This document shows positions 11,650-26,214 of a DNA stretch of 64,000 nucleotides, piece by piece. The stretch's first letter is position 1. Each line of letters starts with the position of its first letter. The notes below the pieces were generated by a model, which saw only the letters and a list, made by a program, of their open reading frames with translations, searched no databases and was not told the origin of the DNA. The translations under genes were made by a program, and so were the position numbers. Source of the DNA: Octopus sinensis. Lineage: Eukaryota. The DNA lies in the NCBI RefSeq assembly GCF_006345805.1, contig NC_043001.1, positions 18,042,001-18,106,000 on the forward strand, given 5' to 3'.

Positions 11650-11663
11650 ACATTTTTTTATAA

Positions 11664-12378
<715 letters not shown>

Positions 12379-12539
12379 ATATATAAATATATATACTACA
12401 CCATACGTCTTTACACATCACATCATATATACACACACACGTCTAGACCTCTCATACGCGCTAATACTCTCTCATACACACACACACACTCTTCTCATAC
12501 ACACACACACACACACTCTTATGTTTGAGCAGGGTCATT

Positions 12540-12850
12540 CAATCCTATTATCTCCCCTAATTTCGCTCTTGCGTCTCATGTTTGATCTTTGACTTCTGGC
12601 CGAAATCAGATCGCCATGTTGATTCGCTAGCTTCTGCACGCATATTTTTTTCTCTCCTTCTTTCTGTGTTTTTTTCTCTGTGTATCTTTCTGTTGAAGAG
12701 CGTAGGCTCGAAACGTTAAAGACTTGTTTCATTTATATTTCCTGAGCGCCATACTAATACAATTGTTTGTTTGTATTCCACCTGCCTTCGTCTTTTGTTT
12801 ATTTCCGTAAACCTGCCTTCGTCTTTTGTCTATTTTCATAAAGCTTCCCG
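12540..12850 (+). mobile_element. Penelope-like terminal repeat fragment with variant hammerhead (12685-12722)
   Basis: TCTTT-CTGTTGAA-GAGC GTAG GCTC-GAAAC-GTT-AAAGA; ends in (TA)n. Confidence 0.55.
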
Positions 12851-13789
12851 TTATATATATATATATATACACACACACTTACACACATACACACGTATGA
12901 TTCGATGCGCTCATTCAGTTTTGGCTCTTATTGTAATCGCGTTGAACTACTACAGTTGCATATTCAGGGGTACTACGCAGTCTGGTGTGGACTAAAACAT
13001 AACATAAGAGCGCATCAATGATTTATTTTCCGCTTCTCTATCTGAAGATCTGTTTGCATACACATGTTTTGCATACGCCCTTACGAGGTACATCTACGGA
13101 TTGGTTTTCTTATTTTGTGTTTGACATCATGTGTTACTGAATACTGGAACATATGGAACAGATGAAATAAGGTTCAAGTCTATGGTGTTTCTTCGCTCAT
13201 TATATGCCGTTGCTATTATGCAAAAGTGTCGTAAGTCCAAAACGTTGCTTTTTTCAGAAAACGAAAAAGGAGTATCACCGTTCCATGGGAAAGCCATTGT
13301 TCTACACTTTGACAATTTTTGATATCTTGGCATCTGAAACAGCTGGAGATACGATAGTTTGACCAAAAGAACCTGCTATTGCAAGCAAAAATACATAATG
13401 AAAAATACGCATTTAGCCAAAGTTGGACATACGACAGCTTAACATAATTACAACGATCACTCCCACATGCCCCCACCCCTACATCCACTCCACACCACAT
13501 CCCCACACACCAACACCACACCACACACCACATCACACCACCCCACACCACTCCACACATATTAGCACTGACCACTTCCCAGGACCCACGCCACACACCA
13601 TCATCTGCACACCTACACACCATCATCCCCACACCCACACACCACCATCTACAACTCAATCATTACAGGCGTACACACACACACACGCACACATCCACAC
13701 GTCAAAGTCACTATCCCCCTATCCACACACGCAATTTTTCACATACACATATGCACGCATACCTTCATTTTGGGATCACCAATACTTTA

Positions 13790-14034
13790 TTATCTCCCCT
13801 TCTTTCTACCTCTCATGTCAAACCATTTTCCCAACAAGCCGCCATGCTTGATCGCTAAATCCACACGTTTTTTTATTATTATTATTTTCTCTCTGTTTAT
13901 TTTCTCTTATCCCTTTCTGTTGAAGAGCGTGGGTTCGAAACGTAAAAGACCCTTCTCACTTTCCCGAGCGTCAAAATAATACATCTGCTTGTTTTCCATA
14001 CACTGTCTTTGTATTTTGTTTTTCTGTAAATTTC

Positions 14035-14035
<1 letters not shown>
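13790..14035 (+). mobile_element. Penelope-like terminal repeat fragment with variant hammerhead (13913-13948)
   Basis: CTTT-CTGTTGAA-GAGC GTGG GTTC-GAAAC-GTA-AAAG; ends in (TA)n. Confidence 0.55.
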
Positions 14036-14071
<36 letters not shown>

Positions 14072-14120
14072 GGAAAAAATCAAGTTAGAAAATGCTGCAA
14101 TAATTTTATAAAAAACATTT

Positions 14121-14156
14121 CAGGACCGGTTTCAGTCATTGAGACTTCTTCAGCTG
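14121..14156 (-). ncRNA. Minimal type I hammerhead ribozyme motif (canonical core)
   Basis: CAG-CTGAAGA-AGTC TCAAT GACT-GAAAC-CG-GTC-CTG: perfect stem II, palindromic ACCGGT stem III, GUC triplet. Confidence 0.78.
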
Positions 14157-14301
14157 TTAGCATGGAAAACAATTAAATTTTGGGAAAAGTTAAATGAAAA
14201 GTTTTTTTAAAAGAATATTTGCATAGTATTCAAATACAAGGGGCATTGTCCTTGTTTCTGCTTGTTTCTGTCTCTCTTGTTTACTCTTGTATATTCGAGG
14301 C

Positions 14302-14393
14302 AGAGAAGAAGAAGAAGAAGAAGAAGAAGAAGAAGAAGAAGAAGAAGAGGAGGAGGAGGAGGAGGAGGAGGAGGAGGAGAAGAAGAAGAAAAA
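14302..14393. repeat. (GAA)n(GAG)n compound microsatellite
   Basis: Direct observation. Confidence 0.95.
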
Positions 14394-14842
14394 GAATGTG
14401 GGAGTGCCATGATAGTAGTAGGATGTTAAATGGTCAAGTGCCCTGAAAGTGACTTGTTGTGGATGGTAGTAGTGATTGAATTCTTGAGACATCTCTTTTG
14501 AATATATTGTGTGTGTGTGTGTGTGCGCGCGCGTTTCTGTGTTTGTTTTGCAAGATTCTTGATGTGAAATCGAGTGTTGAAACAGATATTGCTATATTTG
14601 GGGGTGGTCATTTTCTTTTTCTTACCAAAGAAACACACACACTATATATATTCGTTCTTCACATGTATATTATTGTTCTTATTTAATGTCCATCGGCTGG
14701 AAATATTTCGTCACACATCCTGTGACCTTTTCATCGACTCACCATTCAACTTATCACCTCTTGTCCTGTTTAGTCCATTTGTGTTTTTATGGTGTGTATC
14801 CTTATCTCTACATGCATTTACATCTGTATCTGTGTTATGTCT

Positions 14843-15166
14843 ACTATAGCCTCGGGGTGACCAAAGCCTTGTGAGTGGATTTGGTAGACGGAAACTGAAA
14901 GAAGCCCGTCGTATATATGTATGTATATATATATATGTATATATATATATGTGTGTGTACGTGTATGTATATGTTTGTGTCTGTGTTTGTCCCCTCAACA
15001 TCTCTTGACAACCGATGTTTACGTCTCCGTAACTTAACGGTTCGGCAAGAGAGAGCGATGGAAGAAGTACTGGGCTTACAAAGAAAAAGTGCTGGGGTCG
15101 ATTTGCTCGACTAAAGCTAGTGGGTGCTCCAGCATGGCCATAGTCAAATGACTGAAACAAGTAAGA
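14843..15166 (+). mobile_element. SINE family B, 5'-truncated
   Basis: Body and tail match family B. Confidence 0.8.
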
Positions 15167-15237
15167 GTGTATATAGCTATATATATATGTATATATATAT
15201 GTATATATACATATATATATACATATATATATATATC

Positions 15238-15291
<54 letters not shown>

Positions 15292-15559
15292 TACTACGTA
15301 CGTATATAAGTATGTATGCTTGTATGTACGCATATATATATGTATATATGCATGTATGTATGCATATATGTGTGTATGTATACATATATGTGTGTATGTA
15401 CGTCCATATGTTTGTACGTACATATATATATGTATTTATGTGTGTGTGTGTGTGTGTGTGTGTACCTGTATGCGAGTGGAGCGTCGTAGTGATGGCAGAT
15501 CTGGCGTTGGGTGGGTAGAGTTAGTTCCGTTTGTGATAGGGATTGTCTCAGCGGTGGAG

Positions 15560-15762
15560 GTGGTTTTGGTGATAGTTGTGATAGAGTAATAATGATGTCA
15601 AAAATGATTTGTGGTGAACGTGATGATAGCAGTCGTGGCGAGGGCGATGGCGAGGGCGATGGCGATGGCGGAGGTAGTGGTGGTGGTGGTGATGGTGATG
15701 GCGGCGGCGGCGGCGATTGAGGTGGTGGTCGTCGTCGTCGTAAGGAGGCAAAGATGGCTGCT

Positions 15763-15832
<70 letters not shown>

Positions 15833-16040
15833 TGTTTTTGTTGTTGTAGGAGGAGGAGGCGGGGGAAGAGGAGGGAGATAGAGCTGTGGAGAGATAGGGT
15901 TAAAGTAATGATTGTGGTATCGTAAGAACAGTATGGTGGGGTCAGAAGTGGAAGAAGAGGTGGAAGAGGAAAACGATGAAGATGTTGATGAGGATGACGA
16001 TGATGACAACGGCAACGACGACGACGACGAAGACGAAGGC

Positions 16041-16073
<33 letters not shown>

Positions 16074-16400
16074 GCCGACGACGACTATGGTGATGATGAT
16101 GATGATGATAACAACCATGACGACGATGACGATGACGACGACGATGATGATGACGACGACGATGAGGAGGAGGAGGAGGAGGAGGAAGTAGAGGAGGATG
16201 GTGATAGTGGTCACGGTTATGAGGTGATGATGCTAAGGAGAAGAATGAGGTAGAAGTAGGATGGTGTAGTTGATAATGGCGTCGACGGCGGTGGCGGTGG
16301 TGGTGGTGGTGGTGCTGGTGGTTGTGGTGGTGGTGCTGGTAGTGACGATGATGAATACAATGATGACGATGATGATAGGAGGAGGGAGATGGAATATATG
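15560..16400. repeat. Mosaic of trinucleotide microsatellites (GTA, GAT, GAC, GGT, GAG)
   Basis: Consecutive pure triplet runs. Confidence 0.9.
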
Positions 16401-16699
16401 GATTAAAAACAACAATATTCCAAGAAGCTGGCAATCATAAAGTTGTATACAAACACACACACATACAGACATACACACACAAAAACAATGAAATACATAT
16501 ACATATACAGGTCAATACGCATAAACAGACATGGACTCACGTACACATATATACAAACAACCCAACCCATACACACAAACAGATACACATATATTTAACC
16601 ATTACTATACACACACACACACACACACACACGCGCGCGCGCACACACACAGAAACGCGATGTAATACATACATGCATGTAAACACAGAATCACACATT

Positions 16700-16811
16700 C
16701 ACATAGATAGACAGATAGACAGATGATGATAGATAGATAGATGATCGAGAGAGAGAGATAGATACAGATAGATAGACAAGATAGATAGATAGATATATAG
16801 ATAGATAGATA

Positions 16812-16847
<36 letters not shown>

Positions 16848-16884
16848 GATAGATAGATAGATAGACAGACGGATAGACATATAT

Positions 16885-16934
<50 letters not shown>

Positions 16935-16976
16935 TGAGACAGACGGATAGACAGACGATAGACAGATAGATAGATT

Positions 16977-17011
<35 letters not shown>

Positions 17012-17012
17012 T

Positions 17013-17049
<37 letters not shown>

Positions 17050-17115
17050 ATTAGATGGATAGACGACGGATATACAGACTGATAGACAGATAGATAGATA
17101 GATATAGATAGATAT

Positions 17116-17155
<40 letters not shown>

Positions 17156-17180
17156 AGATAGAGATAGATAGATAGAGACT
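16700..17180. repeat. (GATA)n microsatellite
   Basis: Direct observation; similar tracts at 23220-23330 and 28390-28600. Confidence 0.95.
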
Positions 17181-17927
17181 GATACATGCACACATACTTA
17201 TGTAAATGCTTACACACCTACATGATTGTGTGTATGTGTATGCGAGTGTTGTGTGTTTGATATATGCATACATGGACATGCAAACCTCCATGTCTGTAGA
17301 CATACATCACACACACATACATACATGTGTGTCTGCATGTATGTATGTATGCATGTACGTATGTATGTATGTATGTGTGTATGTATGTGTGTATGTATGT
17401 AGGTATGTATATGGGCGTGTGTAAATAAGTATGATCACATATTACACAACGGAAACTTAGTTCTAGATACACATACACACATGTATACCAGAATACTCAT
17501 ACACACACACACACACACACACAACATATATATACATGTGTGTGTGTGTGTGTGTTACACACATATATATCAAATTGTACTATTTATAGTACGCATGTAT
17601 ATACACATATATATTTATACACACACACACACACACGCATGTATGCATGTGTGTGTGTGTTTTGTGAGCTTGCATGCATGTCTATGCACGTGTAAGCATG
17701 TGTATACATATGAGCCTCTACCTTTGTGTGTATGTATGTGTGTGCATGCCTGTATCTCTGTATCCATATATACGCATGTATATATGTACATATACATACA
17801 TACAAATATATATATACATATATATTATATATACATATATATATATATACATCTATACATATATATATATATATTATATATATATATACTATATACATAT
17901 ATACATATATATATTATAATATATATA

Positions 17928-17971
<44 letters not shown>

Positions 17972-18502
17972 AATATATATATATATATATATATATATTA
18001 TGTTGTATATATAATCTATATATATATATAATATATATATATATATTATATATATATAATACACAATATTATATATATATAAACGTATGTCCATAGATGT
18101 ATGTATTTGTCCGTGTATTTATGTGTCTACGTGTGTCTGTGTCGGTAGATCACGCCACCGATGATGGCAGGGAGCTCATAAAACAAATCGACTTGGGTTC
18201 CTGAGTGCAGTCAGCGTGAAAACCAATCGGCAATCTGAAGCGAGCGTCGTTTACTACAAGTCGTTGAAAATTAATTTTCATAGCCTCATTAGGTTTCTCC
18301 TAGCAGCCAGTTTGGTTCTTGATTGCGGTTCCTTCTCGGCTTGCTCAGTGAGTGAGGCGTGCAAGGCAAGGCAAGGCTATGGAGGGCCTGGCTTGTTCGT
18401 TTGCAGAAAGACGTTTGCGTGAACGGAACGAGAGGTGGATAGAACGAACGAACGAATGGGGCAAAAATAAGAAAATGGATGTTTAGAGATGGAACAGAAA
18501 TG

Positions 18503-18584
18503 GGTGGATGGATGGATGGATGGATGGACGGATGGAAGGATGGACGGATAGATGGATAGATGGATGGATAGATGGATGGATAGG

Positions 18585-18615
<31 letters not shown>

Positions 18616-18637
18616 ACGGATGGATGGATGGATGGAC

Positions 18638-18671
<34 letters not shown>

Positions 18672-18747
18672 ATGGATGGATGGATAGATGGATGGATGGA
18701 TGGATGGATGGATGGATGGATGGATGGACGGATGGATGGACGGATGG

Positions 18748-18807
<60 letters not shown>

Positions 18808-19153
18808 ACGGATGGATGGACGGATGGATGGACGGATGGATGGATGGATAGATGATGGATGGATGGATGGATGATGGATGATGGATGGATGGATGATGGA
18901 TGGATGGATGGACGGATGGATGGATGGATAGATGGATGGATGGATGGATGGATGGATTGATGGATGGATGGATGGATGAATGGATGGACGGATGGACGGA
19001 TGGACGGATGGATGGATGGATGATGATAGATGGATGGATGGTGGATGGATGGATGGATGGAGGATGGACGGATGGATGGATGGATAGATGGATGGATGGA
19101 TGGATGGATGGATTGATGGATGGATGGATGGATGAATGGATGGACGGATGGAC

Positions 19154-19187
<34 letters not shown>

Positions 19188-19235
19188 ATGGATGGATGAT
19201 AGATGGATGGATGGATGGATGGATGGATGGATGGC

Positions 19236-19266
<31 letters not shown>

Positions 19267-19470
19267 ACGGACGGATGGATGGATGGATAGATGGATGGAT
19301 GGATAGATGGATGGATGGATAGACGGATGGATGGATGGACGGATGGATTGATGGATGGATGGATGGATGGATGGATGGACGGATGGACGGATGGATGGAT
19401 GGATGGATGGGTGGACGGATGGATGGATGGATTGATTGATGGATGGATGGATGGATGGATTGATGGATGG

Positions 19471-19506
<36 letters not shown>

Positions 19507-19546
19507 ACGGATGGATTGATGGATGGACGGATGGATGGACGGATGG

Positions 19547-19582
<36 letters not shown>

Positions 19583-19692
19583 ACGGATGGATGGACGGAT
19601 GGATGGACGGATGGATGGATGGATAGATGGATGGATGGATGGATGGATGGATAGATGGATGGACTGATGGATGGATGGATAGATGGATGGAC

Positions 19693-19726
<34 letters not shown>

Positions 19727-19836
19727 ATGGATGGATGGATGGATGGATGGACGGATGGATGGATGGATAGATGGATGGATGGATGGATGGATGGATTGAT
19801 GGATGGATGGATGGATGAATGGATGGACGGATGGAC

Positions 19837-19870
<34 letters not shown>

Positions 19871-19935
19871 ATGGATGGATGGATGGATGGATGGATGGAT
19901 AGATGGACGGACGGATGGATGGATGGATGGATGGC

Positions 19936-19966
<31 letters not shown>

Positions 19967-20167
19967 ACGGACGGATGGATGATGGATAGATGGATGGATG
20001 GATAGATGGATGGATGGATAGACGATGGATGGATGGACGGATGGATTGATGGATGGATGGATGGATGGATGGATGGACGGATGACGGATGGATGGATGGA
20101 TGGATGGTGGACGGATGGATGATGGATTGATGGATGGATGGATGGATGAATGGATGGACGGATGGAC

Positions 20168-20201
<34 letters not shown>

Positions 20202-20490
20202 ATGGATGGATGGATGGATGGATAGATGGACGGACGGATGGATGGATGGATGGATGGCTGGACGGATGGATGATGGATGGATGGATGGACGGACGGATGG
20301 ATGGATGGATAGATGGATGGATGGATAGATGGATGGATGGATAGACGGATGGATGGATGGACGGATGGATTGATGGATGGATGGATGATGGATGGATGGA
20401 CGGATGGACGGATGGATGGATGGATGGATGATGGACGGATGGATGGATGGATTGATTGATGGATGGATGGATGGATGGATTGATGGATGG

Positions 20491-20525
<35 letters not shown>

Positions 20526-20706
20526 ACGGATGGATTGATGGATGGACGGATGGATGGACGGATGGATGGATGGATTGATGGATGGATGGATGGATGGACG
20601 GATGGATGGACGGATGGATGGACGGATGGATGGATGGATAGATGATGGAATGGATGGATGGATGGATAGACGGATGGATGGATGGATGGTGGATGGATGG
20701 ATGGAC

Positions 20707-20740
<34 letters not shown>

Positions 20741-20848
20741 ATGATGGATGGAGGATGGATGGATGACGGATGGATGGATGGATAGATGATGATGGATGGA
20801 TGGATGGATGGATGGATGGTGGATGGATGAATGGATGGACGGATGGAC

Positions 20849-20882
<34 letters not shown>

Positions 20883-21111
20883 ATGGATGGATGATAGATG
20901 GACGGACGGATGGATGGATGGATGGATGGCTGGACGGATGGATGGATGGATGGATGGACGGACGGATGGATGGATGGATAGATGGATGGATGGATAGATG
21001 GATGGATGGATATGGATGGATGGATGGACGGATGGATGATGGATGATGGATGGATGGATGGATGGATGGATGGATGGATGGACGTACGGATGGATGGATG
21101 GATGGATGGAC

Positions 21112-21142
<31 letters not shown>

Positions 21143-21173
21143 CGGATGGATGGATGGATTGATTGATGGATGG

Positions 21174-21204
<31 letters not shown>

Positions 21205-21249
21205 ATGGATGATGGATGGATGGATGGATGAATGGATGGACGGATGGAC

Positions 21250-21283
<34 letters not shown>

Positions 21284-21340
21284 ATGGATGGATGGATGGA
21301 TGGATGGATGGACGGACGGATGGATGGATGGATGGATGGC

Positions 21341-21371
<31 letters not shown>

Positions 21372-21485
21372 ACGGACGGATGGATGGATGGATAGATGGA
21401 TGGATGGATAGATGGATGGATGGATAGACGGATGGATGGATGGACGGATGGATTGATGGATGGATGGATGGATGGATGGATGGAC

Positions 21486-21519
<34 letters not shown>

Positions 21520-21575
21520 ACGGATGGATGGATGGATTGATTGATGGATGGATGGATGGATGGATTGATGGATGG

Positions 21576-21611
<36 letters not shown>

Positions 21612-21797
21612 ACGGATGGATTGATGGATGGACGGATGGATGGACGGATGGATGGATGGACGATGGATGGATGGATGGATGGATGGACGGATGGATGGAC
21701 GGATGGATGGACGGATGGATGGATGGATAGATGGATGGATGGATGGATGGATGGATAGATGGATGGACTGATGGATGGATGGATAGATGGATGGACG

Positions 21798-21833
<36 letters not shown>

Positions 21834-21931
21834 ATGGATGGATGGATGGACGGATGGATGGATGGATAGATGGATGGATGGATGGATGGATGGATGGATG
21901 GATGGATGGATGAATGGATGGACGGATGGAC

Positions 21932-21965
<34 letters not shown>

Positions 21966-22187
21966 ATGGATGGATAGATGGACGGACGGATGGATGGATG
22001 GATGGATGGCTGGACGGATGGATGGATGGATGGATGGACGGACGGATGGATGGATGGATAGATGGATGGATGGATAGATGGATGGATGGATAGACGGATG
22101 GATGGATGGATGGATGGATGGATGGATGGATGGATGGATGGATGGATGGATGGATGGACGTACGGATGGATGGATGGATGGATGGAC

Positions 22188-22218
<31 letters not shown>

Positions 22219-22249
22219 CGGATGGATGGATGGATTGATTGATGGATGG

Positions 22250-22285
<36 letters not shown>

Positions 22286-22293
22286 ATGGATGG

Positions 22294-22329
<36 letters not shown>

Positions 22330-22358
22330 ATGGACGGATGGATGGATGGACGGATGGG

Positions 22359-22417
<59 letters not shown>

Positions 22418-22517
22418 ACGGATGGATGGATGGACGGATGGATGGATGGATGGAGGGATGGATTGATGGATGGATGGATGGATGGATGGATGGACGGATG
22501 GACGGATGGACGGACGG

Positions 22518-22553
<36 letters not shown>

Positions 22554-22650
22554 ATAGATGGATGGATGGATAGATGGATGGATGGATCGATGGATCGATG
22601 GATCGATGGATAGATGGATGGATGGATGGATGGATAGATGGATGGACGCA
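18503..22650. repeat. (GGAT)n array, ~4.1 kb, with higher-order periodicity
   Basis: GGAT units with GGAC/AGAT/TGAT/GAAT/GGCT variants recurring at regular spacing. Confidence 0.97.
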
Positions 22651-22968
22651 CGGACGGATGGACGGATGAGCGATGGCGATAGAAGGAGCAAAGGAAGGCA
22701 TGAAATGACATGGGCAGTATGGATATTTGGATAAATGGAAGAAACTGGGAAAAAATGGAATCGGGATGGATTTAGAAATGGTTAATGGCTGGATGGAATA
22801 GAATGGTTAAGGATGGATGAAATGGTACGGCTGAGTATGAAAGAGAGGAGTATGAGAGGGTGAGTGGCGGGATAGGATGATGGGTAGATTGATAATTTGC
22901 TAAATAGATAAGTTGATGAAGGAAAAAAATCACATTTGTAGAGAGAGAGAGAGAGGGAGAGAGAGATG

Positions 22969-23006
<38 letters not shown>

Positions 23007-23016
23007 TGGACGGACG

Positions 23017-23047
<31 letters not shown>

Positions 23048-23231
23048 AAATAGATCTATCCGTCTAGACAGGCGGCAGGATAGACGGACAGACAGGTAGA
23101 CAGATAGACATACACACATACACACACACACACACTCATAGACACACACCACACACACACACACAGAAAGTCAGATTGAGAGAGGGAGAGACAGAGACAG
23201 AGACAGAGAGACAGGCAGACAGATAGATATG

Positions 23232-23336
<105 letters not shown>

Positions 23337-23596
23337 GGTCAGGCAGACGGACAGAATGACGGAGAGACAGATAAGGCTGCTGTAGATATTGATCGTATGA
23401 ATGTTAGTTAGGTTGGATTGACGAGTGGATGCCAGTTGGTCGCCAGGATAGCTGGATGGTTAGATATTTGGTCGGTTGCCTGGATATAAGAATGCATGTA
23501 TGCATGTATGCATGTGTGCGTCTATGTGAGTCTGTGCAGGAGGGTTGCTTCGTGTGTACGTGAATGCATAGACATGACGGGATGATATGAGACGAA

Positions 23597-23813
23597 GGCG
23601 GCGAGCTGGCAGAACCGTTAGCACGCCGCGCAAAATGCTTAGCGGTGTGTCGTCCGTTTTTTGCGTTCTGAGTTCAAATTCCGCCGAGGTCGACTTTGCC
23701 TTTCATCCTTTCTGGGTCGATAAATTAAGTACCAGTTGCGTACTGGGGTCGATCTAATCGACTGGCTCTCCCTCCCCAAAAATTTCGGGTCTTGTGCCAA
23801 GTGTAGAAAAGGA
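23597..23813 (+). mobile_element. SINE family A
   Basis: Full head GGCGGCGAGCTGGCAGAA and B box. Confidence 0.85.
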
Positions 23814-23817
23814 TATA

Positions 23818-24235
23818 CTATTTACTCTTTTACTTGTTTCAGTCATTTGACTGCGGCCATGCTGGAGCACCGCCTTTAGTCGAGAAACTCGACCCCCGGG
23901 ACTTATTCTTTTTGTAAGCCCAGTACTTATTCTATCGGTCTCTTTTTGCCGAACCGCTAAGTGACAGGGACGTAAACATACCAGCATTGGTTGTCAAGCG
24001 ATGTTGGGTGGGGAGACAAACACAGACACACAAACACATACACACACATATATAGATATACACATATTCGACGGGCTTCTTTCAATTTCCGTCTTCCAAA
24101 TCCACTCACAAGGCTTTGGTTGGGCCGAGGCTATAGCAGAAGACACTTGCCCAAGATGCCACGCAGTGGGACTGAACCCAGAACCATGTGGTTGGTTAGC
24201 AAGCCTCTTACCACACAGCCACTCCTGCGCCTATA
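23818..24235 (-). mobile_element. SINE family B, full length
   Basis: Head at right, tail at left. Confidence 0.87.
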
Positions 24236-24660
24236 TATATAAACTCTCTTTTCTTTTTTAGCTCACTTTCAGATATTGTATAATTCCTCGGTCTCTCGTG
24301 AGTCCCAGAACTCAAAAGACTGGGTTTAACCCGATTTCCATAGCGTATAAGTGAGTGAGATTACAAAAGACCCCATCCTCACTTAGTCGCTAGTCCTTAG
24401 CACAATTAATTTTCTTTCAATTGCTAGAAATCCTTTACACCTAAGTGAAATGAAACAGCGCAAAATGAAGTGTTTTAATCGAGGAATATACGTTCACGGC
24501 CGGATTAAGACCTATAGATGGCCCTAAGCACTTAAAAGATTTTGGTGCCCCCATAAAAGATTATGTAATTCAAAATATAAACAATAACAAACTATAAAAT
24601 ACATTTTTATTTTTCAAAACGAAACAAAACAGTAAGAGAGAAAATAATGTTTATTTTTGT

Positions 24661-25266
24661 ATACTTCCACGGCGTGCTAAAGTTTCTGCCAGCTTGCCTC
24701 CTTAAAATATTATTTTCTACTCTAGGCACAAGGCCTGAAATTTTGGGGGAGGGGAGCCAGTCGATTAGATCGACCCCAGTACACAAATGGTACTTAATTT
24801 ATCGACCCCGAAAGGATGAAAGGCAAAGTCGACCTCGGCGGAATTTGAACTCAGAACGTAAAAACAGACGAAATACCTATTTCTTTACTACCCACAAGGG
24901 GCTAAACACAGAGGGGACAAACAAGGACAGACAAACGGATTAAGTCGATTACATCAATACCAGTGCATAACTGGTACTTAATTTATCGACCCCGCGTTGT
25001 GTTCTTGAGCAAAACACTTCATTTCCCGTTGCTCCAGTCCACTCAGCTGGCAAAAAAAGGAGGTGAGTTGGCAGAATCGTTAGCATGCCGGTCGAAATTC
25101 TTAGCGGTATTTCGTCTGCCGCTACGTTCTGAGTTCAAATTCCGCCGAGGTCGACTTTGCCTTTCATCCTTTCGGGGTCGATTAAAAACGTACCAGTCAC
25201 GCACTGGGATAGTTGTAATCGACTTAATCCGTTTGTCTGTCCTTGTTTGTCCCCTCTATGTGCCTC
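24661..25266. mobile_element. Family A SINE cluster (minus dimer 24661-24995, plus copy 25059-25266)
   Basis: Match to family A units. Confidence 0.8.
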
Positions 25267-25472
25267 TTCTCTGGATCTATGTTTTCTAAAAACGATATAT
25301 ATATAAAATAGTTGTATTACTGTCAACTTAATGTGACAGTCCCATGAAGGGAATAATACTACTGCCATTTAGCCCTAGGAAGCAACAACGCTTCCTGTCG
25401 GCCTTGACACATTTCCCGTGTCCTTATGTTTACAAGGGGGAGATAAGTACCTCCACCCAGCTAAGCCTGCGT

Positions 25473-25513
25473 CCAGAGACTAGTTTCTGAGTCTTTGCTT
25501 GTCATCAGTCTGG
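25473..25513 (-). ncRNA. Type I hammerhead motif
   Basis: CCAGA-CTGATGA-CAAG CAAAGA CTCA-GAAAC-TA-GTC-TCTGG: core intact, stem II weakened. Confidence 0.72.
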
Positions 25514-25667
25514 AGTAGCATGGCTTGCTAGCTGGAGATGCCTGTCTAGCCCTTGTAAACATATAAGAATTCTAGTGAAATACATTCACTGATTACAAAA
25601 ATAGAAATAATACATTTCTAAATCTCTCAGAGAGATTTATGCAGTAGTGATACGATAAAGTAGTACT

Positions 25668-25708
25668 CCAGACTGATGGCGAGCAAAGACTCAGAAACTA
25701 GTCTCTGG
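25668..25708 (+). ncRNA. Type I hammerhead motif (A9G)
   Basis: CCAGA-CTGATGG-C GAG CAAAGA CTC A-GAAAC-TA-GTC-TCTGG. Confidence 0.68.
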
Positions 25709-25914
25709 ATGCAGGCTTAGCTGGATGGAGGGGCTTATCTCCCCTTTGTAAACATAAGGACACAGGAAATGTATCAAGGCCGACAGGAAGAGTTGCTGCT
25801 TCATAGGGTTAAATAGCAGTAGTATTATTCCCTTCATGGGACTATCACATTAAGTTGACAGTATACAACAATTTTATCGTATTACTACTGCATAAATCTC
25901 TCTGAGAGATTTAG

Positions 25915-25962
<48 letters not shown>

Positions 25963-26171
25963 ATATATATATATGACAAACGAACAAGAAATTATGAAAT
26001 GAACTTCGCTAGTTAGCAGTAGTTTCTGCTATAAGATGCAATGCACCCATAACTGAGTGCTTGCGCATCGCCTGGGAGCTTTGTCGGAGCTTCAAAAGTG
26101 AAGACATGTATATAGTCTTTTATTGTGCTCTGTACTCGACGAACGCTTTCATCTGAAACATATGTTTGTTT

Positions 26172-26214
<43 letters not shown>

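Larger units (their letters stand above)
25311..25918. mobile_element. Inverted cassette A-spacer-B-A'-B' with two hammerheads (Penelope-like)
   Basis: 25311-25518 is the reverse complement of ~25661-25869; ~25614-25659 is the reverse complement of ~25873-25918; (TA)n on both sides. Confidence 0.7.

Noticed and set aside
15912-16253. Poly-Asp/Glu ORF
   Set aside because: Lies in a triplet microsatellite mosaic with no convincing splice context.
18289-22711. Three ~1400 aa ORFs (PSIH repeats) and many MDGW ORFs
   Set aside because: Translations of (ATCC)n/(GGAT)n, open in all three frames; no coding signal.
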